DNA of 59,828 bases from a virus (taxonomy: Duplodnaviria > Caudoviricetes): the IMG/VR virus record IMGVR_UViG_3300045931_000157, positions 1 to 59,828 of that record; one strand, written 5' to 3'. The position numbers and the translations under genes were made by a program. Under the pieces are notes generated by a model, which saw nothing but the letters and a program-made list of their open reading frames with translations, was not told the DNA's origin and ran no database searches. Positions 48,745-56,392 of this stretch are shown one piece after another; positions within the stretch are counted from its first letter, which is position 1; every line of letters starts with the position of its first letter.

Positions 48745-49118
48745 CCAGCGGGCGCAAACGCTTCAGCGAAAATGAGTACAGTGAAATGGCTGAACTGCGC
48801 GAGCGTGGCTGGAGCTATGACCGCATCGCCAGCAAGTTCAACTGCAGCAGAGGTGTTGTCAGCTGGACCTGCCTGCGCCTGGGAGCTGCACCGCCCCACC
48901 CGCCGCCGCTGAAGCCGAACTATCACCTTGAGCATCCCACCATCAAACGCAACGGCTACATCGTGCGGCCCTTCACGCCTGACGAAGATCGCGTGCTGCT
49001 CGAGATGGAGGCCAACGGCAGGGGGCCAGCTGCTATCGGGCGCAAGCTGGGGCGCAAGACCAACAGCGTGATCGGCAGGCTGCTGACACTGGCCAGGCGG
49101 GAAGGCAGGAGCGCATGA
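48741..49118 (+). CDS. Tandem HTH/Myb-like DNA-binding protein
   Basis: FSENE...LR..GWSY..IA and FTPDED..LL...IG.KLGR. Confidence 0.7.
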   Translation: MTSGRKRFSENEYSEMAELRERGWSYDRIASKFNCSRGVVSWTCLRLGAAPPHPPPLKPNYHLEHPTIKRNGYIVRPFTPDEDRVLLEMEANGRGPAAIGRKLGRKTNSVIGRLLTLARREGRSA

Positions 49119-49354
49119 CACCGAAATTCGATGAACTGGACGACGGCCAGGTTGGCGGCATGACGCAGGAGGAGTTCTGCAAAGCGTTCGGAATCTCCGA
49201 GCGGTTTTACCGCAAGATGAAATCCGAAAAATGGGGTCCGCGGCTGATGGCACTCGGCGGGCGCACTGTCATTTCATTCGCCGCGATCCACGATTGGGTC
49301 AGGGATCGCGAGCAGGCCTACACCGAAGGCACGCGCCGCAAGCGATCAGCATAG
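49115..49354 (+). CDS. AlpA/excisionase-like protein
   Basis: EFC..FGIS...Y.......GP....LG.RT.I. Confidence 0.75.
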   Translation: MTPKFDELDDGQVGGMTQEEFCKAFGISERFYRKMKSEKWGPRLMALGGRTVISFAAIHDWVRDREQAYTEGTRRKRSA

Positions 49355-49363
49355 GAGGCAGCC

Positions 49364-49606
49364 TTGCTCGATGTCGACCTTGTGACCTTCCACCAGCTCC
49401 GAAAACAAATCGAGCCGCTGCTGCGTGATGTTGATCGTGACGTGCATGGCGCAACACTCACGCACCTGGTGGCGCTCTGGCTTGAACGCTACCCGACACC
49501 TGACCTGCGCTGCGGCGTGCTGAGCCTGATGGTGGCCAAGGTGATCAAGCATCCGAACGAAGCCCTGCTGCATGAGACACCGAGAACCGAAGCCAAGCCC
49601 CACTAA
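49364..49606 (+). CDS. Hypothetical protein
   Basis: GGAGG RBS with TTG start. Confidence 0.55.
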   Translation: MLDVDLVTFHQLRKQIEPLLRDVDRDVHGATLTHLVALWLERYPTPDLRCGVLSLMVAKVIKHPNEALLHETPRTEAKPH

Positions 49607-49619
49607 CCAGGAGGACCCG

Positions 49620-49820
49620 ATGAAGCGAAAAACTGAATCCACTGCACTGGTCATGGCTCCAGCCATCATGCTGGGCCAGACGCCTGCAGGCGATGACCTG
49701 CTGCTGCGCGCCCTGATGCAGCGCCTGCCACCACCTGGCTCGGTGTGGCCAGAGAGCGAGCGCCGCCCCTGGCTGGATGCTCTGCGCCAGTCCTTTGAAT
49801 TGATCTACCTGCAGGAGTGA
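49620..49820 (+). CDS. Hypothetical protein
   Basis: GGAGG RBS; LPPPGSVWP..ER..WL...F.LIY. Confidence 0.7.
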   Translation: MKRKTESTALVMAPAIMLGQTPAGDDLLLRALMQRLPPPGSVWPESERRPWLDALRQSFELIYLQE

Positions 49821-49824
49821 GCCG

Positions 49825-50061
49825 ATGCTGGAGCGAATGCAGAAGCGTCATCATGAGCTGGTGACGCAGCACGACCGCGAGCAGGCCAGGCGCGATGACC
49901 TGATCACCAAGCTGGGCCGCTCGAATGCCAAGGTCATCACGCTGCGCAAGGCCCTGGCCAGGTCCAGCAAGCGGATTGATGAGGCCAGAGCTGCTGAGCG
50001 CAAGCAGCGCCGCAAAGCGGCGGCAATCGCTGGCTTCAACGACCCCATCGAACTGGCATAG
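49825..50061 (+). CDS. Hypothetical coiled-coil protein
   Basis: In operon with AGGAG RBS. Confidence 0.65.
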   Translation: MLERMQKRHHELVTQHDREQARRDDLITKLGRSNAKVITLRKALARSSKRIDEARAAERKQRRKAAAIAGFNDPIELA

Positions 50062-50073
50062 GGGGGGGCACCG

Positions 50074-50340
50074 ATGCTCGTACTCAACATGCCGCTGCAG
50101 TTCAAAGTGGGCGAGACACGCGACTGCAGGATCAACGGCGAGCCGAAGCGCGTCACCTGGCGCGATGAGAAAACTCTGGTGATCGAGCCAGATGATGTTC
50201 GCGTCATCGCCTCACAGGTCATGGAGCCAGACATGATGACGCTTTTCTGTGCCGAGCCTGACGAGGATGCCAGCCAGTACCAGGTCACGGACAATGCTGA
50301 CGGCTCGATCACCGTCATGGCACCGCTGTTCAAGAAATGA
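50074..50340 (+). CDS. Hypothetical protein
   Basis: In operon. Confidence 0.65.
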   Translation: MLVLNMPLQFKVGETRDCRINGEPKRVTWRDEKTLVIEPDDVRVIASQVMEPDMMTLFCAEPDEDASQYQVTDNADGSITVMAPLFKK

Positions 50341-50543
50341 GGAACGACCTGCAGTCAGGGAGGCCTACGCAATCGGGCAGCGTGTGGCTCGATGACGAAA
50401 GGTGGCCTCCGGCTCCCTGCTGCAGGACGCGATGTTACCCGGCCAAGGCCACCGGCACACGCACCATTCGTGATTCGTTCTGAGTTGGCGATTCGTTCTG
50501 CAGCCTGGCGCTGCAGATTCCACAGCCAGGGAATGCAGGAGCC

Positions 50544-50843
50544 ATGACACAGCCGCTGCGCAAGCCACTGCTCAACGCACAGATCGCCCTGGAGGCCAGG
50601 GCCATCGCGCACCGTTTCACGCGCAGCTGCCTGCGGTTTGATGTGCTGCGCACTACGACGAGCAGTGATGACGATGACCACACCAAGGCCTGCAATGATC
50701 TGAAGCGGCAGATTCAGGACCTGGCCATGGGCGTGAAGCTGGCCACTCTGCAGGGTCATTCGTTCCGGCATTCCAAGGCAATAAAAAAAGGGGCGGGTGA
50801 TGAGGACCCGCCCCCTGTCAGTCTGGAGCCTTTGAATTGTTAG
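50544..50843 (+). CDS. Hypothetical protein
   Basis: AGGAG RBS; 3' end runs through the integrase terminator. Confidence 0.5.
   Translation: MTQPLRKPLLNAQIALEARAIAHRFTRSCLRFDVLRTTTSSDDDDHTKACNDLKRQIQDLAMGVKLATLQGHSFRHSKAIKKGAGDEDPPPVSLEPLNC
50783..50815 (-). terminator. Rho-independent terminator for int
   Basis: A7-GGGGCGGGT...ACCCGCCCC on +, i.e. hairpin plus U run on -. Confidence 0.8.
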
Positions 50844-52084
50844 GCCCTGAGCTGCACCACGTTGGTGGCCTCAGCTCGCGGCAGCAGGCCACGGCGGCTG
50901 ATGTGGTCGCTGTGGTCGGTGATGAAAAATCCGTAGTTGGATTTGATCTTCGCCTCGGAGGTGTCGTGCAGAGCAGCCACCACATAGGCCGGATCGCCAG
51001 CCAGCAGACGGCGGACAATCGAGCTGTGGCGCATGAACATCAGCACACCTTCAGCATCTTCACGCATGCCCAGCTGGTCCAGGGTTTCAATGGCCAGCGG
51101 GCGATAGGCGTTGTACGACCACTCGGTGCCATTGTCGCGGGTCAGCAGCAGGTCGTTGGCCTTCTTGCCTGCCTTCAGCTCCTGGAGCAGCGCGGCGAGC
51201 TCCACCGAGATCGCCACTGCATAACGCTGCTCACCCTTGGCCTGTCTGCTGCTGGGCTTCTTTCCGCCCTTGCAGCTTTTCGGCATCATCAGCTTCGGCT
51301 CGCGCGGATCATTGCGCAGGTCCTTGACCTGCAGGCGCTCCACCTGGCTGGCGCGTGCACCAGTCTCGCCCAGCACCTCACAGAAGACGCCGAACTTTTT
51401 GTTGCGCTCGTAGGCAGCAGCAATGAAGGCCAGCACCTTCTCAGTCGCCACCACAGAGTTGCGGGCCACACTGGTGCCTGCGAATTTCAGATCAGCCCAG
51501 GCGTCCTTGTTCTTGATGCGGCTGTCGTGCTTGGCAGCCAGGTTGCAGGCGCGAACCAGACCGACGACCATGCGGTTGAAGGTCTGCTTGTTCATGCCAG
51601 CGCGGATCAGGCCGTTGCGCCAATCCTTCAGGCCCAGGTTGGTCAGCATCTGCACCTGCGTCTTGAGCAGAGCTGGCGTCAGGTGCTGGCGCGGGTGGCG
51701 CGCGTTGTAGGTGTTGCCACCTTCCACCTCCAGCTCGCCTTCGTAGGTGAGCAGAGCTGCATCAACATCCTGCGGCGCGCCTGCCTGGTCGGCCTTCTCA
51801 TCAGGCTGGCCAAAGGAAGCGCGGGCCAGTTCATAGGCCTTGGCGAAGCTGATGCCTTCCTGACCTGGCACGTCATCAGCTGGCCCCAGGTCCTTGACCC
51901 ATTCCGGCTTGGCGGTGCGATCGTTGGCCAGCCAGGAGCCTTGCCCCAGGTTGCGGCGGTATTTCAGGAAGCGGCCAGGAGCCAGCTTCGCAGCGGTGTA
52001 CATGCCAGCTCTGACGATCAGCTGCAGGCGCTTGCCTGGAAATTCAAAGTCATTCTGGATGCGGCGTTCTCTGGTGGTCGTCAT
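50840..52084 (-). CDS. int: Tyrosine recombinase/integrase
   Basis: ETGARASQ, MRHSSIVR and HDTS...NY catalytic segments. Confidence 0.88.
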   Translation of the reverse strand: MTTTRERRIQNDFEFPGKRLQLIVRAGMYTAAKLAPGRFLKYRRNLGQGSWLANDRTAKPEWVKDLGPADDVPGQEGISFAKAYELARASFGQPDEKADQAGAPQDVDAALLTYEGELEVEGGNTYNARHPRQHLTPALLKTQVQMLTNLGLKDWRNGLIRAGMNKQTFNRMVVGLVRACNLAAKHDSRIKNKDAWADLKFAGTSVARNSVVATEKVLAFIAAAYERNKKFGVFCEVLGETGARASQVERLQVKDLRNDPREPKLMMPKSCKGGKKPSSRQAKGEQRYAVAISVELAALLQELKAGKKANDLLLTRDNGTEWSYNAYRPLAIETLDQLGMREDAEGVLMFMRHSSIVRRLLAGDPAYVVAALHDTSEAKIKSNYGFFITDHSDHISRRGLLPRAEATNVVQLRA

Positions 52085-52097
52085 TTTTGTGGTCCTC

Positions 52098-52319
52098 TCT
52101 GTTCCAATCTGTCCCAATGGTGGGGCTGCCAGGCAGGTGCCTGGCCTGGACCCAATGTAGGCAAATTCTATCGGCAGGACAAGGGGTTAAGCCCTGCACA
52201 GAGGGGGCACAGGCTAGGCACAGAGCTGGTCACTTTTACCCTTGTAGGGCAAAGCGTTAGACGAAATTCGCCAACAATATCAACGAAAAAAAATTCGTCT
52301 GTTCCAAATCCATCCCAAT
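52098..52319. other. Candidate attP / int control region
   Basis: Repeated TCTGTTCCAA..TCCCAAT blocks at 52098-52118 and 52298-52319 flanking an AT-rich core. Confidence 0.45.
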
Positions 52320-52377
52320 CGCGGGGCGTGCAGGGGCGGAGCAGGTCCTGTGCAGTGCGTATGTATAAGGTGTCGCT

Positions 52378-52854
52378 GTGCTGACGCCAGACGCCCTGGC
52401 GAGGCTCCTGGTGGCCGCGCTCCTGCTGGCCTGTGTCCTCACAGGGGCGAGCCTGATTTCTTACCTGGAGGGCCGCCAGCCATACGCTGTGCCCCCTCCT
52501 GTGGTGGTGCGCCTGATCTATTTCCAGCTGCCAACTCCATGGCAGCAGCCACTGCCGCAGCAGCTCACCCCGCCCGAACAGCAGCCGCGCTTCGATGACC
52601 GCTGGCCAGCAGCAGCGGAACTGACGCCAGTGCGCCAGGTCCAGCAGCGCCCAGCTCAGTCCGTGGCCGTGATCGCGGCCGATGCCTTCAGCAGGCTGCA
52701 GCTCGAGCAGCCAGCTCTGGTGACCAAGGGCAGCGACAGCCCAGTGCGCCAGGTGCAGATCAATCACAGCTCCCGCGTGCGCGACATTTGCCGGGGCAAG
52801 GGGCGCATCCACTTCACCAGAAACGGACGGCCATCCTGGAGGTGCAGGCGATGA
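52378..52854 (+). CDS. Hypothetical membrane-anchored protein
   Basis: N-terminal TM; C-terminal DIC.GKG......G..SWRCRR. Confidence 0.65.
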   Translation: MLTPDALARLLVAALLLACVLTGASLISYLEGRQPYAVPPPVVVRLIYFQLPTPWQQPLPQQLTPPEQQPRFDDRWPAAAELTPVRQVQQRPAQSVAVIAADAFSRLQLEQPALVTKGSDSPVRQVQINHSSRVRDICRGKGRIHFTRNGRPSWRCRR

Positions 52855-53117
52855 AACAACCCGAACAGCTTGGCGACAAGCCAATCCAGCCTGAGGTGCG
52901 CGAAACGATGAACAAGATCGCGCGCGTGGTCGACAGCGCGCTCAACATAAACACCAAGGAAAAGACCTGGGGCTTTTGCCTGATGGTGTTTCCGTTTGAA
53001 GGCTTTGACGGTCGCGCCAACTACATCAGCAACGCCAAGCGGGCCGATGTGATCGTGCTGCTGAAGGAGCAGCTGAGGCGATTTGAAGGTCAAGCAGACG
53101 TGAGGGGGAAAGCATGA
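52851..53117 (+). CDS. Hypothetical protein
   Basis: GF.LMVFPF...NYISNA.R.D motif; coupled. Confidence 0.75.
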   Translation: MKQPEQLGDKPIQPEVRETMNKIARVVDSALNINTKEKTWGFCLMVFPFEGFDGRANYISNAKRADVIVLLKEQLRRFEGQADVRGKA

Positions 53118-53332
53118 GCATCGACCGCGACGACCCCGATATTCCAGTCAGCATCGGCCACTTCATCAGCAGCACGTTCGATGAGCTGACAGTGAACGAA
53201 CTGGAGTGGTTCGAGAAGCTGGAGCTGAAGGACCGCCTGCTGCTCGCCGGCGTCCTCAGCATCTCGGTTGAACTGGGCCGGATTGCAGAACTGCTGCAGG
53301 CCGCCTCCCAAGAAATCGAGAAGCCGAAATGA
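53114..53332 (+). CDS. Hypothetical protein
   Basis: Coupled ORF. Confidence 0.65.
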   Translation: MSIDRDDPDIPVSIGHFISSTFDELTVNELEWFEKLELKDRLLLAGVLSISVELGRIAELLQAASQEIEKPK

Positions 53333-53514
53333 AACACTCACTGCGCATGCAGATCATGGAGGTGCAGCGCGAAATCAGGAAGCGGCGCGAGGTGTATCCG
53401 CACCAGGTGCACATCGGGAAGCTGCGCATGAGCGAGGCGGCTGAACTTATCCGCATCATGGAAAGCGTGCTGCAGACACTGCAGGAGCTGGAGGCGCGGG
53501 AGCAGCCGGAATGA
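53329..53514 (+). CDS. Hypothetical protein
   Basis: QI.EV.REI..R..VYP..V..GK motif. Confidence 0.75.
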   Translation: MKHSLRMQIMEVQREIRKRREVYPHQVHIGKLRMSEAAELIRIMESVLQTLQELEAREQPE

Positions 53515-53639
53515 TGCGGGCCTGGCTGCTGCTCAGTCTGCTGCTGCTGGCCAGCTGCTCAACTGCGTCTGACCGCTTCCGTTTCGATAACCGATCAGAA
53601 CTGTGCAAGGCGCTGAACTCACGCGGAAAGGAGTGCTGA
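53511..53639 (+). CDS. Small lipoprotein (42 aa)
   Basis: MMRAWLLLSLLLLASC lipobox; below the ORF-track size cutoff. Confidence 0.65.
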   Translation: MMRAWLLLSLLLLASCSTASDRFRFDNRSELCKALNSRGKEC

Positions 53640-53816
53640 ATGATCACCTGGAAGCCAATGGACACTGCGCCGAAGGATGGCACCACAGTTCGCATTCCGC
53701 TGCGCTTCCCACTCGGCGTGCGGGCCTACTGGGACGACGATCTGAAAACCTGGGTGTTGGCTCACCCGCTACACATCGAATCAATCCGCGATCCAGACTA
53801 CTGGAGTCCAGAGTGA
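53640..53816 (+). CDS. DUF551-like small protein (58 aa)
   Basis: MITWKPMDTAPKDGT...W...PDYW; AAGGAG RBS. Confidence 0.75.
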   Translation: MITWKPMDTAPKDGTTVRIPLRFPLGVRAYWDDDLKTWVLAHPLHIESIRDPDYWSPE

Positions 53817-54025
53817 TGCCGTTCTTCGGTTGGCGTCTAAACCCATACGGCCCAGCAACCTGCTGGAAGGCTGAGCATCGGCCCTTCAACACCACACCGC
53901 TGACCAGTGGCGAGTTTGATCCGCCGCACACGCAAATCAGAACGATCACCGATGAGGAGCTGAACAGCCCGCTGAGCGTACTGGCTGCACGCTATCCCTA
54001 CGTTCCGCCGCTGGAGAAAGCCTAA
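53816..54025 (+). CDS. Hypothetical protein (69 aa)
   Basis: TGATG coupling; start MPFFGW. Confidence 0.6.
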   Translation: MPFFGWRLNPYGPATCWKAEHRPFNTTPLTSGEFDPPHTQIRTITDEELNSPLSVLAARYPYVPPLEKA

Positions 54026-54078
54026 AGCGGCCCGCCGCTGCTTTCGGGTTTGCCTTTGGGGGGCACGGCGGGCCGCTT
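54025..54078. terminator. Strong hairpin between convergent operons
   Basis: AAGCGGCCCGCCG / CGGCGGGCCGCTT 13-bp inverted repeat. Confidence 0.6.
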
Positions 54079-54117
54079 CGAGTTGGTACGCGGGTTGTCA
54101 ACGCTCCAACTCGGCGA

Positions 54118-54699
54118 TCACACCTTCACCCATGGGGGTGAAATCTGTCTGCCTGACAGCGCACCTCCAGGTGGTGCGGTGGCGCGCTTCGCTTTCGAGT
54201 GCCAACGCTTCACTCTGGCGTCGATCGACACGAGCTTGGCGCGGACATCATCGCCGGGCTCGGCGACTTTCTCCGGGCGCTTCAGCTTGCCTTCCAGCCA
54301 TCCATTCGAGACGACGTGGTTGATAAGCTGCCGCTCGATCCAAGCGTGGCGTGGACCGTGCGCTTCGCCGTAGAGCCGACGTGCTGCCAGATGCGAGATC
54401 GAATGCACGATCTCGTGCCAGCCGCCGCCGTTTCGGACGTAGGGTTTGCCGCCCATCAGCTTGACGCTTTTGAGCAGGCCACCGCCTTCGTCCGGGTTCA
54501 CAAGCAACACGCCGTACCGAATCCAAGTTCGTTTCCGGCCTGTCACTAGCTTCGTCGGACCTCGCCACGACTTCCCCATCGCGACGCGATAGAGACGCTT
54601 GGCACCGGCCAGAGCTTCTTGCGACGTTGGCTTCAGATCGCGACCCTCGCGAGTCCCGTCCGGCCACGCGCCGTTCACCGACTGATACTTTTCGGGCAT
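54118..54699 (-). CDS. Hypothetical basic protein with HExxH/HxxxH motifs
   Basis: GGAG RBS; WHEIVHSISH...H...H; start MPEKYQ. Confidence 0.7.
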   Translation of the reverse strand: MPEKYQSVNGAWPDGTREGRDLKPTSQEALAGAKRLYRVAMGKSWRGPTKLVTGRKRTWIRYGVLLVNPDEGGGLLKSVKLMGGKPYVRNGGGWHEIVHSISHLAARRLYGEAHGPRHAWIERQLINHVVSNGWLEGKLKRPEKVAEPGDDVRAKLVSIDARVKRWHSKAKRATAPPGGALSGRQISPPWVKV

Positions 54700-55079
54700 C
54701 AGAGTTCTCCATTGGTTTGACGATTTCAAACAGCCCGCTGACCGAGTTGCAGATCGATCAACGTGAGAGGATTCTATCACGTCACGGAGTCGCGCTTCGA
54801 AAACGCATCGATTCCAAAAATTTTGCCGCTGACAAAAAAAGTGAATTCGGAATTTTTTGGAAATGCCAACTTCGGAATGAAGGGCTTTTCGAGATGCAAC
54901 CCGACGCGGTTTTGCGGAATCGACCCGCGTCGTTAGCGGGTCAAAGGTGCGACACTGCGTACACTTTTCGCTCTTGGTTGTGTTCGAGCCGCGCCGAATT
55001 GTTCAACGCGCGCGGTCGCGATTATCGCGCTAAGTCGTTGATGAAATAATTTTCGAGCGGTCAGAAAACCGGCGCGCGT

Positions 55080-55265
55080 TCAAGTTGAACGTCGTCGTCG
55101 TTTGAATTGCTTCTCGACCAAGATGGTCGCCGCCCGGACCTGCTCGTCAGGTCGGCATTCTTCGAACGCCATGAACAGGCCCCAGACCACGCGGCGGACA
55201 TGGAAACCGTTGCGTTGCTGCTTGCCGATCGCCCACGCCGAACAGTTGGCGGCGTGCTTCAGCAT
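55080..55265 (-). CDS. Hypothetical protein (61 aa)
   Basis: TGATG coupling. Confidence 0.55.
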   Translation of the reverse strand: MLKHAANCSAWAIGKQQRNGFHVRRVVWGLFMAFEECRPDEQVRAATILVEKQFKRRRRST

Positions 55266-55465
55266 CACACCGACCCGCTCTCGCGGATTTGCTTGGCGAC
55301 GCTTTCCAGAATGTCCGGCAGCCGCAGCGTGGCTTCCAGATCGGCCTGACACGAGAAGCCGCTACCGCGCTTGCCACCGAAGACGATCACGATCGCGCCT
55401 TCAGCTTCGGCCTTCTCGCGCACCATGGTGCAAAGGTCATCGTACTTGCCCGGACCGATCGCCAT
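55265..55465 (-). CDS. Hypothetical protein (66 aa)
   Basis: MAIGPGKYDDLCT; TGATG coupling. Confidence 0.7.
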   Translation of the reverse strand: MAIGPGKYDDLCTMVREKAEAEGAIVIVFGGKRGSGFSCQADLEATLRLPDILESVAKQIRESGSV

Positions 55466-55722
55466 CACAGACCAGCCGGGCGCGGTTTGCGCTTCGTCTT
55501 CTGCTCCGTGGCCAGCGGCGGCTCGGCGCTGACCAGCTTCCACGGCGACGAGTTCTTGATGCGCTCGGCTGACTTGTATTCGTCGCCGTCGAGCGGCGAG
55601 CGGCCCAAGCCGCCGAACTGGGCCCAGCCGACCACTGCCCTTTCGGTGAGCCCTTCGTTGTCCGCTTCGATGGTGATGCGCTCGTGTGTGGTGCGCTCAA
55701 AGGTAAGTCTGTGCTTAGTCAT
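55465..55722 (-). CDS. Hypothetical protein (85 aa)
   Basis: AAGGAG RBS; ATGA overlap. Confidence 0.65.
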   Translation of the reverse strand: MTKHRLTFERTTHERITIEADNEGLTERAVVGWAQFGGLGRSPLDGDEYKSAERIKNSSPWKLVSAEPPLATEQKTKRKPRPAGL

Positions 55723-55925
55723 GTTTTGCTCCTTAGATATTTTTCGACGTAATCCCAAAAGACCTTCGCGGCTTCGTCCGGCGTGTAGCCTTCGTGCGTC
55801 ACGGTGCCGGTGTTCATGTCGATCACAACGGTGCCCTTGTCGCCCTGAAACAGAAACCTGTTGGTGGGTTTGAGATTGCTCACGGTGAACGTGAGTCCTT
55901 CCGGCACGGTCAGATCGTCAGCCAT
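55719..55925 (-). CDS. Hypothetical protein (68 aa)
   Basis: YTPDEAAKVFW motif. Confidence 0.65.
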   Translation of the reverse strand: MADDLTVPEGLTFTVSNLKPTNRFLFQGDKGTVVIDMNTGTVTHEGYTPDEAAKVFWDYVEKYLRSKT

Positions 55926-56100
55926 GTGGCTGTTTAATGGGCCTGCTTTTGTGTATCCACAAAGCCGCTCCGGTCCAGTACATCGCAGCCAAAGCATCGT
56001 CTATGCTTGCCTGCCATCCGAGGGCGACCTTAGTTATCTGATACAGCGTGACGCCCACGGCCACGCCCAGCCAAACGCTCAAGTATCCTGATCCTCTCAT
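55918..56100 (-). CDS. Small membrane protein (60 aa)
   Basis: Two hydrophobic segments. Confidence 0.55.
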   Translation of the reverse strand: MRGSGYLSVWLGVAVGVTLYQITKVALGWQASIDDALAAMYWTGAALWIHKSRPIKQPHG

Positions 56101-56272
56101 TGGCTGTCACCCGTTGGATGTTCAATGCGCCGTTTTATTCGGCCCCATCGGTTTCCTATCCGGTAGAGCAGCGTTGCAATGAAGCCGTCTGGCGGAACAT
56201 ACCCGCCGATGTAGCCCTCGAAATATCCGTACCAAAGCCACGACCGTTCTCTCATTGGCTGTCACCCGTTGG
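56094..56272. repeat. 24-bp direct repeat CTCTCATTGGCTGTCACCCGTTGG (56094-56117 and 56249-56272)
   Basis: Exact match; on - each copy contains a stop/start junction. Confidence 0.9.
56097..56255 (-). CDS. Mini ORF (52 aa, MRERSWLWYG...PTGDSQ)
   Basis: Exactly bounded by the 24-bp repeats; ATGA coupling at both ends. Confidence 0.55.
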   Translation of the reverse strand: MRERSWLWYGYFEGYIGGYVPPDGFIATLLYRIGNRWGRIKRRIEHPTGDSQ

Positions 56273-56392
56273 CTGTTTAGTGCCGGATGACACGTTGGGG
56301 GCCTTCAGCCTGCACCAAGCAGCCTCGCGAATGTGTTGCAGAAAGTTCTGCACCAGTTCATTTGGGATCGCGGCGTCGATGGTTAGTCTCAT
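56252..56392 (-). CDS. Mini ORF (46 aa, MRLTIDAAIP...PTGDSQ)
   Basis: Open frame ending in the repeat. Confidence 0.5.
   Translation of the reverse strand: MRLTIDAAIPNELVQNFLQHIREAAWCRLKAPNVSSGTKQPTGDSQ

Noticed and set aside
50348-50430. c-di-GMP-I riboswitch or hammerhead ribozyme
   Set aside because: Only fragments resemble them (GAAA, GCCTCCGG, GATGA); the required cores are not present in order
50837-52384. 515-aa plus-strand ORF
   Set aside because: Antisense shadow of the integrase
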